This document shows positions 29,641-39,676 of a DNA stretch of 64,000 nucleotides, one piece after another. Made by a program: the position numbers and the translations under genes. Under the pieces are notes generated by a model. That model worked only from the letters and a program-made list of their open reading frames with translations, did no database searches and had not been told where the DNA came from. Source of the stretch: Candidatus Latescibacterota bacterium (GTDB taxonomy: Bacteria; Latescibacterota; UBA2968; UBA8231); the NCBI GenBank assembly GCA_965215195.1, contig CBDCDC010000001.1, positions 416,001-480,000 on the forward strand. Reading direction: 5' to 3'. How positions within the stretch are numbered: position 1 is the stretch's first letter; every line of letters begins with the position of its first letter.

Positions 29641-32052
29641 CTACCGCAGCAACAACATGCGGCGGGTTATGGCGAAGGAGGTGCCTTCCAGCCGATAGAT
29701 ATAGACCCCGCTGGCCATCTCCTCACCACTTTCGTCCCTGCCGTCCCAAGCCAGTACATGCGCCCCAGCCGCAAGATGGCCATCGTTCAGCACGCGCACG
29801 ATCTGGCCGGTTAGGTTGTAGATGACCAAGCGCGTAGGACCGGCCATGTTGGCGGGGATTTGGAAGGAGATTGCCGTGGAAGCATTGAAGGGGTTGGGCG
29901 CGTTCTGCTGCATGGCGGGACGGGCGGCTTCGGCGCGCAACCGGTATGCTTGACCCTCAACCACCACCACCATATCCACACCCAACCCAACAAAGGGCAC
30001 CAGCGCATCCGGGGCTAGAGCGTCGGTGCCGATCTCGACGATGTTCATGCCCAACTCGAACCCTACATCGACCCACAGCGCGTCTTGGCGGTAGAAAGAC
30101 CGGCCAAGCCAAGTCGCCATTTCAAATTCGTCTTCCACCGCAGTAGCAGCGAACGAATCGCCCACGGCCGAGTCCTCAACGCCTTGAGGTAGAGGCAAGG
30201 GCACCGACGCGATCTCCAAGCTGTCCTCGTTGCGGATGCGGCGGTCAATGGCGACAAACGAGGTGTACTGGGTGAGCAGGTTGTAGGCCAAGCCTAGCTG
30301 GGTGATCTGGGGACGTAGGGCGTCGCTGTAACTGGCCTGTTCATCGTCGCTCAGTTGGCCAATGCGGTGGCGGGCCCACAAATAGCGCAAGGCCCTGTTG
30401 GTGGGCTGGGCGTGGAAGGCGGATACGTCGAATTGGGCGCTGTACGCTTGGTCGCCAGTGCGGCCCCCTAACAGCACAGTGCCCGCGGCCGCACCGCGCC
30501 ACTTGCCAAAGACGATAATCGGCCGCTCGGCTAGCATGTCGGGGATGAAGGCTGGCTCCACTTCATAAGCGTCAAAACCTTCGAAGCCGGCCTCTACTTG
30601 GGTGAGGATGGGGGTGCTGATATAGGTCTGGAAGCGGGCGGCCTCGTTGGGGGCTTGACCCTCTTCAAGTACCACAAAAGGCTCGCCTTGGCCGGCCCGG
30701 GCGAGGCCCCCAATGAGGAAGCGATTGACCGACGAGCCAATGCCAAAGGCAAATAAACTGGCTTGACCCAAACGCTGGCGCACCAGCTTAAAGGCCGCTG
30801 CTTCAAAATCGACGAAACCATCGGTGATCACCGAGACGATGCGGGCATAGCCCTCCCCGGCCAAAGGCAGGTTGAAAGCGCTGCGAAGCCCGATGAGCAT
30901 CTCGGTACGGCCGCCGCCCTGTTGCCCGTCGATGAGGGCCCAGGCCTGGTCGAGATGCTCCTGAGTGGCCGGCAGCGAGCGGCGGGTGCTCAAGACCGCG
31001 GCCGCGCCGGCGAATAGCACGATGTTAAAGCGGTCCTCAGGGCGCAACTGGCCGAGCAGGTTTTTCATCAGGCCCTTTGACACCGTGAGGGGAAAGCCCC
31101 TCATGGAGCCGGATACATCGATCACAAAGATGTATTCGCGCGGCGGGATCTGGCTCGGCTCTGGACGGGCGGGCGGCTGGGCTATGAGCAAAAAGAAGTT
31201 CTCCTTTGCCCCCTCGTACAACAGCAGACCCGACTCAACCTGTTGGCCAGCTAGCTGGTAGTGCAAAATAAAATCGCGGTTGCCGCCAAAACCGCCCGCC
31301 GGGTCCAAGGTGAGGCGCAATTCGTCCGGGGTGTCCTTCTCGACGATCACTGCGTGGGTAGGACAGTCGTAGGCCTGGATGGGTAGGCCGGCGGCCAGAA
31401 TCATCTCGAGCGCATAGGTGTAGTTGGGATCTTCGCCCTCGTGCAAATAGGGAATGCGCTCGGCACCGCTTGGGGCCAAAATTTCATTGACCGCCTCGGG
31501 AGAATAGCGCGGACCGACCACAGTGGGCAAGACGAATTCGTACTGTTTTTCCGTGGGGATCAATAGTTCCGTATAGGACAGACGCACGGCAATGGAGTCG
31601 CCCGGCAGGATATTAGCCACGTTCATCTTGAAGACGTTGGGGCGCTCCTGTTCGAGGAGGGAAGCGGTCTGCCCCAATTCGCGCGCCTCTTCGTATTCCC
31701 GACGGGCCTGCTCGCGCTCGCGGATTTCGGCGGTAATTTCGCGGTCGGCGGTGTGCATCACCATGCCGTACACTGCGGCCCGGGTTGAGGCCGGGAATAA
31801 ATACACGGCTTCGAGCGGGCGGGTGCCTTCGTTGCGGTACACCTGCTCAATGGTCACGTCGGCGATGACCCCGGCAATGTGGACTTGGGCGGCCACCGAC
31901 TTGAGCGGCAGTTGGTCCACGGACGGATCGTCGGTATCGACGAAGAAGAACGGAGCTAGGGTCCTGTCGGCCGTAGATGGGGCTTGTTGGGCCGAGGCAG
32001 CTACGGTTCCCAGCAAGAAGACCAATGCAGCGAAGCTATAGCGGACGTTCAT
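29641..32052 (-). CDS. Secreted VIT + vWA protein with C-terminal FlgD-Ig/T9SS-like tail
   Basis: VIT (YRN..PLEAVYLFP), MIDAS DVSGS and TDG, tail QNAPNPFN..IYNLTGQ..WDGRD..ASGVYIYRL. Confidence 0.9.
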   Translation of the reverse strand: MNVRYSFAALVFLLGTVAASAQQAPSTADRTLAPFFFVDTDDPSVDQLPLKSVAAQVHIAGVIADVTIEQVYRNEGTRPLEAVYLFPASTRAAVYGMVMHTADREITAEIREREQARREYEEARELGQTASLLEQERPNVFKMNVANILPGDSIAVRLSYTELLIPTEKQYEFVLPTVVGPRYSPEAVNEILAPSGAERIPYLHEGEDPNYTYALEMILAAGLPIQAYDCPTHAVIVEKDTPDELRLTLDPAGGFGGNRDFILHYQLAGQQVESGLLLYEGAKENFFLLIAQPPARPEPSQIPPREYIFVIDVSGSMRGFPLTVSKGLMKNLLGQLRPEDRFNIVLFAGAAAVLSTRRSLPATQEHLDQAWALIDGQQGGGRTEMLIGLRSAFNLPLAGEGYARIVSVITDGFVDFEAAAFKLVRQRLGQASLFAFGIGSSVNRFLIGGLARAGQGEPFVVLEEGQAPNEAARFQTYISTPILTQVEAGFEGFDAYEVEPAFIPDMLAERPIIVFGKWRGAAAGTVLLGGRTGDQAYSAQFDVSAFHAQPTNRALRYLWARHRIGQLSDDEQASYSDALRPQITQLGLAYNLLTQYTSFVAIDRRIRNEDSLEIASVPLPLPQGVEDSAVGDSFAATAVEDEFEMATWLGRSFYRQDALWVDVGFELGMNIVEIGTDALAPDALVPFVGLGVDMVVVVEGQAYRLRAEAARPAMQQNAPNPFNASTAISFQIPANMAGPTRLVIYNLTGQIVRVLNDGHLAAGAHVLAWDGRDESGEEMASGVYIYRLEGTSFAITRRMLLLR

Positions 32053-32106
32053 TGCGGACCTCTCTGGGGTGAGTAGTGCTCAAGTGGGCGAAGGCTAAAG
32101 AAGGGA

Positions 32107-33444
32107 TCATCTCGGTTCGAGGCGCTCGATGCGTCCTTCTTGGAAATCCACTTCCAGCCAAGGATCGGCCGTGTCGCGGCGGAACTGGTAAAGTTGGGCG
32201 CGCATCTGGGCAGCCACCTCCTGCAAGTGGGGGTCGTCGATCCGATTGACGCTTTCGGTAGGATCGGCCTCTAAGTCGTATAGCTCCTCGGGCACCCGCG
32301 CGAGAAGATGGCGAGTGGGACGCTGGCCCATAGTGGGAATCGCGTCGCGCCGCACCGCTGTCCAGGTAGTTGAGCGGAATAGATCCGTGGGCAGCAGGGT
32401 GGTGAGGCCAGCGGCCAAGTTGCGCACGAATTTGTAGCGCCGGCCGCGCAGCACCCGGTAGGGATTGTAATCGACCACCTCGTGAAAGCAGTGCGAAAAG
32501 AACGTGTAATCCCAGTCGGGGACGGACGGATCAGCTAAACCCGGCAGAAGGGAGCGACCCGGCAAGTCCTCGGGGACAGGCACTCCGCACCAGTCGTGCA
32601 AGGTGGGGCGAATATCGGTCCAATTGACGAGGGACTGACTGCGGGTGCCGGGGGCGGTGATGCCCGGTGCCCGCAGGATAAAGGGGCAGTGGTGGCCGCT
32701 GTCGAAGAAGGACGCCTTGGCCCCGGGGAAGGGCATGGCGTGGTCGGTAGTGCCGATGACCAAGGTCTCGTCGGCCCGGCCCGATTCGTCCAGCGCGTCG
32801 AGCAGACAGCCCACGCCAAAGTCGAAGCGGGAGACCGCCTGATAGTACTCGGCGAGATCGGCGCGCACGTCGGGCACATCGGGCAGGTAGGGCGGCACCA
32901 CCACGTCGTCGGGGCTATACTGGATTTCGGGCACGTCGGAATAGGGGCGCTCATTGCCAAAGCCCCGACCCACGCGGTGGGGGTCGGTAAATCCCACGTG
33001 CATGTAGAACGGCTGGTCGGGGTGAGCGGCCCAAAAGTCGCGCGCGGCGCCGGCCAATTCAACGCCATTTCTGGCATTGACTTTAGGCTCAAAGTCAAAG
33101 GGGTACACGCTGGGCGGTTCTACGTGCTTTTTGCCAATGCAGGCCGTGGCGTAGCCATGTGCCTTGAGGCTGGAGGGCGTGGAAGTAATGTGGGGGTGCG
33201 TGGAGAAGCCGTGGATGCCGTGGCAGTGGCCGTACTGGCCGTGGGTGTGGCTGTGGTATCCGGTGAGGATGCAGGCGCGGCTGACCGCGCACGAAGGGCT
33301 GGTGCAAAAGGCTTGGTCGAAGGTCGCGCCCTCGCAGGCGAACGCGTCAATGCGGGGTGTGCGGACCGCGCTATTGCCGTAGCAGCCGGCAATGCGGCTC
33401 CAGTCGTCGGCGATGAGGAATAAGACGTTGCGCTGAGCGGTCAT
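32107..33444 (-). CDS. Sulfatase (N-sulfoglucosamine sulfohydrolase-like)
   Basis: IADD, CAVSR (Cys-type formylglycine motif), GKKH, DPHR, TDH, EELYDL. Confidence 0.9.
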   Translation of the reverse strand: MTAQRNVLFLIADDWSRIAGCYGNSAVRTPRIDAFACEGATFDQAFCTSPSCAVSRACILTGYHSHTHGQYGHCHGIHGFSTHPHITSTPSSLKAHGYATACIGKKHVEPPSVYPFDFEPKVNARNGVELAGAARDFWAAHPDQPFYMHVGFTDPHRVGRGFGNERPYSDVPEIQYSPDDVVVPPYLPDVPDVRADLAEYYQAVSRFDFGVGCLLDALDESGRADETLVIGTTDHAMPFPGAKASFFDSGHHCPFILRAPGITAPGTRSQSLVNWTDIRPTLHDWCGVPVPEDLPGRSLLPGLADPSVPDWDYTFFSHCFHEVVDYNPYRVLRGRRYKFVRNLAAGLTTLLPTDLFRSTTWTAVRRDAIPTMGQRPTRHLLARVPEELYDLEADPTESVNRIDDPHLQEVAAQMRAQLYQFRRDTADPWLEVDFQEGRIERLEPR

Positions 33445-33452
33445 AGGCGCAA

Positions 33453-33869
33453 TCAGGCAGACGCACCCTTGCGCCGCTCGCCGTACGGGATTTCGCACGC
33501 CTCATCAGGGCATTCGACCCTGCCGAACCGATGCCGATTGCGCGCAACGAAGTCGTAGCCAGCGCGCAATAGCTGCTTGAGTCCCGGAATGCGGTACACC
33601 CCGGTGAACAGGTGCCAAGGAGGCAGCCGGCGGTAAATCTGGTACACCGCATCCGCGCCGACATCGACCTGCCCGCTGGCGTGCATGAGGCGCAGGCCGG
33701 TGTTAAAGTCGGAATGGGAGAGGACCGGGAACCGCTCTTCGATGCCGGCCGTTTGGCGCGGCAGGTACTCGAAGCGGCCGTTGCGGTCCAAGCGGCGAAT
33801 GCGGCCGACGCTCCACAGGCAGAAGCGGCATTCGCCATCGTACACGATTGTGGGACGGGTTTCGTTCAT
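33453..33869 (-). CDS. DCC/DUF393 thiol-disulfide oxidoreductase
   Basis: YDGECRFC (DxxCxxC), GADA, Y..VARNR. Confidence 0.9.
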   Translation of the reverse strand: MNETRPTIVYDGECRFCLWSVGRIRRLDRNGRFEYLPRQTAGIEERFPVLSHSDFNTGLRLMHASGQVDVGADAVYQIYRRLPPWHLFTGVYRIPGLKQLLRAGYDFVARNRHRFGRVECPDEACEIPYGERRKGASA

Positions 33870-34086
33870 ATTCTCAAGGTTCCCTCTGCATTGCAAGTGC
33901 TTATAATTATACGACAAAAGCAATAACGTCAACATCGACAGCGCAGCGGAAGACCGGCCGCCGTCACGACCAGGCGTTGGAAAAGCTGGTCTTTCTGCCG
34001 GCACTCTGGCCCATCGTGCTGGAACTGACCAACGGCGGATGACCGGGAGCGGGGCCTGCTGGGGGAGTTGGTCGGGCGCACGGCCA

Positions 34087-35175
34087 TCAGAAGTGGTCGG
34101 GTTCCCAGAAGATGACCTCGCGCCGGGGGAACCATTCCTCAAGCCGGCCAGCTTCTCCGCCTTTTAGTGCGATCCCACGGGCGCGGAAGATGGGTTCCAA
34201 GTCGCGGCCAGAGGACTCGCCAAACAGGAGCCGACACAGCAGATCCGCCGGCAGCCGGCGGACCGAATCCGCCGCTTCGGGCACGGCCTTGGCGATCAGG
34301 GAGTCCGGGTCGAGGAGCAGAGCCATCATCGAGCTGTCGCCCGCGAGCCACAGATCGGCCGCAGCGGCCGTGACTAGGGCATCGACAAAGGGGTGGCCGC
34401 AAGGGAGCTCGCCTCGGACCTGCGTCATCCCAGCCGCCGCGCACTCATTGAGCAGGTACTGCACGAGCGCATTGAGGGCCGGGCCGCTCTCGTAGGCGAC
34501 TTCACGCACCTCGGCCCCGTCGTCGCTTTCCCAGTTGATGTACCCGCTAAGCCCGGCCGGGCCACGGACGACGGCCGTGGGCAGTACGCCCCGCACGCGG
34601 GAGGGGGCGTAGTCCCAATACGGGCGCGGACGCAACAGGCTGCCGCTGCGACCGGCGTTGTGGCGTTGGTAGAGCGCCGCTGTCTCCTCCAAGTCGCGGT
34701 TGTCGTCGAAGGGCAGCACCTCAAGGGTGGATCGCCCCGGCTGGGGAGCCCGGTGCAGTTCGGCGTGAAATCCCATGAGCGGCACACAGCACCAGCCAAG
34801 GCGTCGGTAGAAGTGCGCCGGGATTTCCGTGAACAGCAGCCCTAAGTCGTAGTCATCGTCGCGCAGGTACTCGGCCGCGTGTGCCATAAGCCGCGTCGCT
34901 AGGCCACGTCGCCGGTAGTCGGGATGGGTGGTGACGCCGCCGATGCCGCCCATGCGGACGGGCGTGGCGCCGAGGTGGACCCAGCGCTCCCAAATGCGCA
35001 GGGTCGATACAATGCGGCTTCCAACCACCACGACCGGCGTCTGCGACGGATGCCAAGTCGGATCGCCTTCGATGTAGCCTCGGTAGCGCTCGTGGCCCTC
35101 GGGGTTGTGCACGGCGCAGAGCAGGTCAATCAGCTCGTCGCGTTCCGAGTCGCGGATGGGGCGGATGGTATCCAT
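34087..35175 (-). CDS. Eis-like GNAT acetyltransferase
   Basis: GGIGGVTTHPDYRRRGLA, FYRRLGW. Confidence 0.85.
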   Translation of the reverse strand: MDTIRPIRDSERDELIDLLCAVHNPEGHERYRGYIEGDPTWHPSQTPVVVVGSRIVSTLRIWERWVHLGATPVRMGGIGGVTTHPDYRRRGLATRLMAHAAEYLRDDDYDLGLLFTEIPAHFYRRLGWCCVPLMGFHAELHRAPQPGRSTLEVLPFDDNRDLEETAALYQRHNAGRSGSLLRPRPYWDYAPSRVRGVLPTAVVRGPAGLSGYINWESDDGAEVREVAYESGPALNALVQYLLNECAAAGMTQVRGELPCGHPFVDALVTAAAADLWLAGDSSMMALLLDPDSLIAKAVPEAADSVRRLPADLLCRLLFGESSGRDLEPIFRARGIALKGGEAGRLEEWFPRREVIFWEPDHF

Positions 35176-35198
35176 GGTATCCTCGATACATTAACCAA

Positions 35199-35972
35199 TC
35201 AGCGCAGCCGTCGCCGCCGGATCATCCGCAACACCCAATAGGCACCCAACGCACCGAGCAGGTGCTTGCAAGTATGACCGCTGATGACTCCCCCAACCGC
35301 ATAGAGGGCTTGGTCAAACACCTCGGCGGCTTTCGCGAGCAGGTAAAACAGGGCGGCGCCGTAGAGGTCGGAGCCGCGCGTGTACGGCGACGGCAGCAGG
35401 CGAACCATGAGGGGCACGAACAGAATCGGGTAGGCTTGGGCGACGATGTAATAACGGAGATCGCCGGCCCCGGCCTGCTCGGTATAGTGCCAGTACAACA
35501 CGCTGAAAAGGCCGAAGGCGATCAGCGGTAGCAAGGCGATGATGCCAGTGCGCCGATCTAAGCGCTCGGCGATCGCAGTAGCGAGAAACGCCATGAAGGC
35601 AATGCTCATCGGCAGGCGATCCCACAGAAGCGTTTGGTTGTTAGGGGCTAGGTGGTAGTAAGCGGAGCCGAGGCTGACCAGTGCCACCGCGAGGAACAGG
35701 ATCTGATACGCCAGCGAGTCGGCCGGGCGCACAAACGCCTGCTGCGCGGGGGCTGTGGCGAGGCGGAACGCGACCCTGAATCCCCACAGACCCACCAACA
35801 GAAAGGGCAGGTTGGAGATCGCGTTCAGGCAATGGGGGATGCCGAACAGGGTGCGCTGATCGGCGAACTGGTGATAGGCAGGGTCTTGCGGAATGGGTGG
35901 CTGCAAGAAAATGACCGTCCAGAAGACGACCGTCAGGTAGGCGAGCAGCCGGAGGCAGTGGTCGCGTTTCAT
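35199..35972 (-). CDS. Alkaline ceramidase-like membrane protein
   Basis: YHQFAD, SNLPF, GSAYYH, WDRLPM, SGH..KH (CREST-like motifs). Confidence 0.85.
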   Translation of the reverse strand: MKRDHCLRLLAYLTVVFWTVIFLQPPIPQDPAYHQFADQRTLFGIPHCLNAISNLPFLLVGLWGFRVAFRLATAPAQQAFVRPADSLAYQILFLAVALVSLGSAYYHLAPNNQTLLWDRLPMSIAFMAFLATAIAERLDRRTGIIALLPLIAFGLFSVLYWHYTEQAGAGDLRYYIVAQAYPILFVPLMVRLLPSPYTRGSDLYGAALFYLLAKAAEVFDQALYAVGGVISGHTCKHLLGALGAYWVLRMIRRRRLR

Positions 35973-36137
35973 TTGGAATAGACGCCAGTTCTCGCACTCA
36001 TGCTTCCAAGTGAGAGAGTTCCGTCAATGCCATGGGGACCGTTGAAGTCATAAAGGACTCATCCGTCTCGGTGAAGAGCGGATCCAGTACCTGTCGTCGA
36101 TACTCTTGCGCTGCGCTCGAGTCGGCATCCTCGGCGA

Positions 36138-36235
36138 CTAAGCTTTGCACTCGAGTTCCTCCGCGTACTCAAGAGCGGCCCGTATATCCGCGTCGATAAT
36201 GCCATATTCCTCACAGACCTCTGCTGGGCATAGAT
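36138..36235 (-). pseudogene. C-terminal half of a DUF433 antitoxin
   Basis: PAEVCEEYGIIDADIRAALEYA with no start, directly after the enolase-family stop. Confidence 0.6.
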
Positions 36236-37240
36236 TCAAGCGACGCGGTAGTGCTCGACCACGTCCATATCGACCTTGATCCCCAAGCCCGACCCCGTGG
36301 GCACGGCAAAGTGCCCCTTCTCCAGCACCAACCCCTCGGCCAACACATCGGCCTCCCGCGTAAAGGGCAGTTCGTCGCAGGGCAACGTGGCGTTGGGCAG
36401 CGTCGCTTGTACATGCACCGAGTAGGCCGCCATTACCCCGGTACACAACCCGCCCATCTGGACCCAGCAGGGCACGTCCGCAGCGTCCGCCAGCGCGGCC
36501 GCCTGTCGCACCTGCAGCGCCGAGCCGCTCAAGTTCACGTAGTCGATGCACTCGGCCTTGAGCACCGCCAGCACACCGGACGGCGACCCCAAGTGCAGGG
36601 CGATGGGAATGTGGGTTTTCTCGCGCAGGATGCGGTACCATTCGAGGTTGTTTTTGAGGATGGGATCTTCAAAGACCGACACCGTGCCAAAAGGCTCCAA
36701 TTCGCTCGCCAAGCGCGCACCCGTGGGCAGCAGAGCGAATTCGGTATTGGGATCAACGCCGACCGTGTAGTCGGCCCCCACCGCTTCTTTCATCAGCCGC
36801 ACCGTCTCGACGATATTCCACGAGCGCGCCTTGAGCTTGTGGTTGCTAAAGCCCAGCTCGGCCCCTATTTCCGCCTCGGCCGCGGTCTCTTCCGGCGTCA
36901 TGGGGCACGACCAGTACGACACCGGCACCTTGTCGCGCACCTGCGCCCCTAAGAAGCGGTGCAGGGGGATGCCATAGGCTTGGCCCGCAATGTCGAGCAG
37001 CGCGCAGGTGAAAGCGTCTGGACGGTTGTACGGGTCCAAAGCCAGTGGGTCTTGGCCCACGAGCGCGTCGGCTTGCTCCTGACCGACAGACTTTTTGTCG
37101 ATGAACTCGCCCCAGCCCTCCAAGCCCTCGTCCGTCTGGACGCGGCAGAGGGTGATGTCGTAGATCTTGGGATAGTAGCGGGCGATGGCCGGGATCGGCG
37201 GGATTTCGACTTCGTACAGCTCTACTTGAGTGATTTTCAC
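36236..37240 (-). CDS. Mandelate racemase/muconate lactonizing enzyme family
   Basis: TDEGLEGWGE, KLK, VDPN, EDP, GLGI; GTG start behind GAGGAGG. Confidence 0.9.
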   Translation of the reverse strand: MKITQVELYEVEIPPIPAIARYYPKIYDITLCRVQTDEGLEGWGEFIDKKSVGQEQADALVGQDPLALDPYNRPDAFTCALLDIAGQAYGIPLHRFLGAQVRDKVPVSYWSCPMTPEETAAEAEIGAELGFSNHKLKARSWNIVETVRLMKEAVGADYTVGVDPNTEFALLPTGARLASELEPFGTVSVFEDPILKNNLEWYRILREKTHIPIALHLGSPSGVLAVLKAECIDYVNLSGSALQVRQAAALADAADVPCWVQMGGLCTGVMAAYSVHVQATLPNATLPCDELPFTREADVLAEGLVLEKGHFAVPTGSGLGIKVDMDVVEHYRVA

Positions 37241-37370
37241 AGTGGACCTCCTCAGTTGCGCGTCGTTTTTTTGCGGGCTACTATGATACCAAATTATCGG
37301 CGCATCACAAAGCACTGAGGACCGCGCCTTTCCTTCGGCAAGACTTCGGCGCGAGCTCAGTCGAACGCTT

Positions 37371-37500
37371 AGAAGCTATCTTAAAACTCGCGTCGGGTCG
37401 CAGGGCTTCTTGGGCTGGAGGGCGTCTCGCCCTCCAGTGCGAGCACCCAAGCCATCAGGGGGCTGCAGAGGACGGTACGAGGGGTTTTGAGACAGCTTCT
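37371..37500. mobile_element. 130-bp MITE-like element with an internal palindrome
   Basis: TIRs AGAAGCTATCTTAAAACTC / GGGTTTTGAGACAGCTTCT (16/19 match); internal CTGGAGGGCGTCTCGCCCTCCAG at 37415-37437. Confidence 0.6.
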
Positions 37501-37544
37501 CAGGAACCGTTAGGCGAGACAATCCGAACCGCGAGGAGAATCTT

Positions 37545-39071
37545 ATGGACGACAAGGCCATGACCAACGAGGAAAACTACCGCTTCGACGTGGCGGGGTA
37601 TATGATCGTCCCCGGCGTCCTGACGGTAGCTGAGCTAAAAGCCTGCAATCAGGCACTGGACCAGCTAGCATCCGACGACGGTCCACTGCGCTGGACGGCA
37701 CCCGTTTGCAATCCCCTGCACGCCCTGCGCGAGCATCGAGTGCTAATGCGGTATCTAAAGCAGATTTGCGGCGAAGGGTTCCGGCTCGACGAACCGCCGC
37801 AGCTCGTCGAGTCATGCAGCGAGGCGACGGACCTGTCGGGGGGCGACGAGTGGGTGGATTGGTCGCGGGCGTACCGTCAGTACAACGGGCATCGCTTCTG
37901 CCAGGGGGTGCGGGCCTTCTGGGCGCTGGCGGACGTGGGCGCAAAGGATGGAGGTTTGGTCGTAGTACCAGCCAGCCACAACAGCACAGTGCCGGCCCCG
38001 CAAGACCTAGTGGACGGAACCGACGCTATGGGACTCGTCGAGCAGCCGGTCTTGCAGGCGGGCGATCTCCTGCTCTGCGCCGAGTCCCTGATGCGGGGCT
38101 TGCGGCCTTGGCGGGGCGCGGGGCCGCAGCGCCTGCTCGAATGCGGGTACATCAGCGCCGCCGTGCGGCCGGGGGCGGTATCGGAAATCCGCGGCGAGGA
38201 CAGCGCACTGCCCGAGTGGGCCGACGATCTGACCGAGGTTGAGCGCACCGTTTTGCACAATCCCAATCGCCTGTACCCGCCGCCGGTGGTGCATTCAGAC
38301 GGAGAAAAGGTTTGGCTGGCCGAGGAGCCGGGGGTTTTCCATCCCTCGATCTACATCCGCGACCCGGATTCCGGGATTGACGAGCAGGAATTTTTCCACT
38401 GGGATCTGTGCGGCCACCTCGTTTTGCCGGGGGTGATGGACGAGGAATGGCTGGCAGCGGCCAACGAAGCCATCGACCAAAATCCCGACCGGATCAGCCA
38501 CGGCGGATCGGCTGCCGGCGATTCAAAGCCGCTAGCCGGCACCGGGGTTGGCCGCTCGTCCATGGGCAACCCGTGGGCGTTGCCCGCGCCTTATGGCGAG
38601 CCGTTCCAGCGCATGATCGCCCATCCAGCGCTCGTCCAGCGCCTGAACTGGATCATGGGCAGCGGCTTCGAGTGCATGATGTGCAACGGCTTTCTGTCCG
38701 GGAAAGGGTCGTCCGGGCACTTTCTGCACTCCCCGGCCACGCCAGCCAAGGTGGCGAACCACTACCGACAGCAGAATGGCCGCGTGTACGCCGAATACCT
38801 CAATGTGGCTTGGCAATTGCGCGATGTGACGCGGGCCGACGGAGGGTTTGTCTGCGTGCCCGGCTCGCACAAAACCGCCTATTCCATGCCCGACGGCATT
38901 CGCACCTGCGAAAACGAAATGGGGCTGGTCAAGCACGTAGCGATGAAGGCGGGCGACGTGCTGCTGTTTCTCGCGTCGGCGCAGGCGCACGGGGCTTATC
39001 CATGGACGGGGGAACAGAACCGGCGGATGATCTTTTTTCAGTACCGCTCGCGCAATGTGTACGCGCCTTAA
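37545..39071 (+). CDS. Tandem two-domain PhyH-family protein
   Basis: Two copies of F/WDxxG..PG/ASH..AGD.L; domain 1 has LSGG/MRG where His residues are expected, domain 2 has LHSP/AHG. Confidence 0.85.
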   Translation: MDDKAMTNEENYRFDVAGYMIVPGVLTVAELKACNQALDQLASDDGPLRWTAPVCNPLHALREHRVLMRYLKQICGEGFRLDEPPQLVESCSEATDLSGGDEWVDWSRAYRQYNGHRFCQGVRAFWALADVGAKDGGLVVVPASHNSTVPAPQDLVDGTDAMGLVEQPVLQAGDLLLCAESLMRGLRPWRGAGPQRLLECGYISAAVRPGAVSEIRGEDSALPEWADDLTEVERTVLHNPNRLYPPPVVHSDGEKVWLAEEPGVFHPSIYIRDPDSGIDEQEFFHWDLCGHLVLPGVMDEEWLAAANEAIDQNPDRISHGGSAAGDSKPLAGTGVGRSSMGNPWALPAPYGEPFQRMIAHPALVQRLNWIMGSGFECMMCNGFLSGKGSSGHFLHSPATPAKVANHYRQQNGRVYAEYLNVAWQLRDVTRADGGFVCVPGSHKTAYSMPDGIRTCENEMGLVKHVAMKAGDVLLFLASAQAHGAYPWTGEQNRRMIFFQYRSRNVYAP

Positions 39072-39085
39072 CCAAAGAAGGATTC

Positions 39086-39160
39086 ATGCAGATCAACCTC
39101 ACCGACACCGTCGAGTTCCGCGACTATTTGCACACACTCGCGGAACCCCTAGCGAATTAG
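39086..39160 (+). pseudogene. Short ORF or truncated gene start
   Basis: RBS AAGAAGGA then MQINLTDTVEFRDYLHTLAEPLAN*. Confidence 0.3.
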
Positions 39161-39212
39161 GACGTCTTTGACCCGACCACACCACAACCTCTCCCAATCC
39201 AAGGAGCAAATC

Positions 39213-39650
39213 ATGCTGACCCAATGCGTCCTCACCCTCGCCGCCTTGGCCTTTTTACTAGCCCCAACCCCCGCCCTCGCCGGCACCGTCCCAGTGGAAG
39301 GCGAGGGCGACCCGGCCTTGTACGTGATCAAAGTCCACGCCGATTGGTGCGGCTCCTGCACGGCCCTCGTGCCAATCCTCAAAGAAGTCCGAGCCGCAGT
39401 GGCCGATCAGGCCGTCCTCTTCGTCGAATTGGACGTCACCGACTCAACGTTGACATCCCAAGCTCGCCTGCTTGCCGCGGCCCTCGACGTAGAAGACCAC
39501 TTCAAGGCCAACAACAAAACCGGCCTCGTCCTGCTCATCAACCCCCAAGACCACACCCTGCTGGAAACGGTGACCAAGCAAAACTCCGCCGCTGAGATCG
39601 TCGGCAAAATCGAAACCCACCTCGCCGCCGCCGAACCAGCAACCGACTAG
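39213..39650 (+). CDS. Exported thioredoxin-fold protein
   Basis: Signal peptide; HADWCGSC (WCxxC). Confidence 0.85.
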   Translation: MLTQCVLTLAALAFLLAPTPALAGTVPVEGEGDPALYVIKVHADWCGSCTALVPILKEVRAAVADQAVLFVELDVTDSTLTSQARLLAAALDVEDHFKANNKTGLVLLINPQDHTLLETVTKQNSAAEIVGKIETHLAAAEPATD

Positions 39651-39676
39651 CTGCAATCGGGACGAGATCGCAGCGC

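Noticed and set aside
33929-34086. Short Cys-containing ORF between the GNAT and DCC genes
   Set aside because: No complete zinc-ribbon motif or clear RBS.
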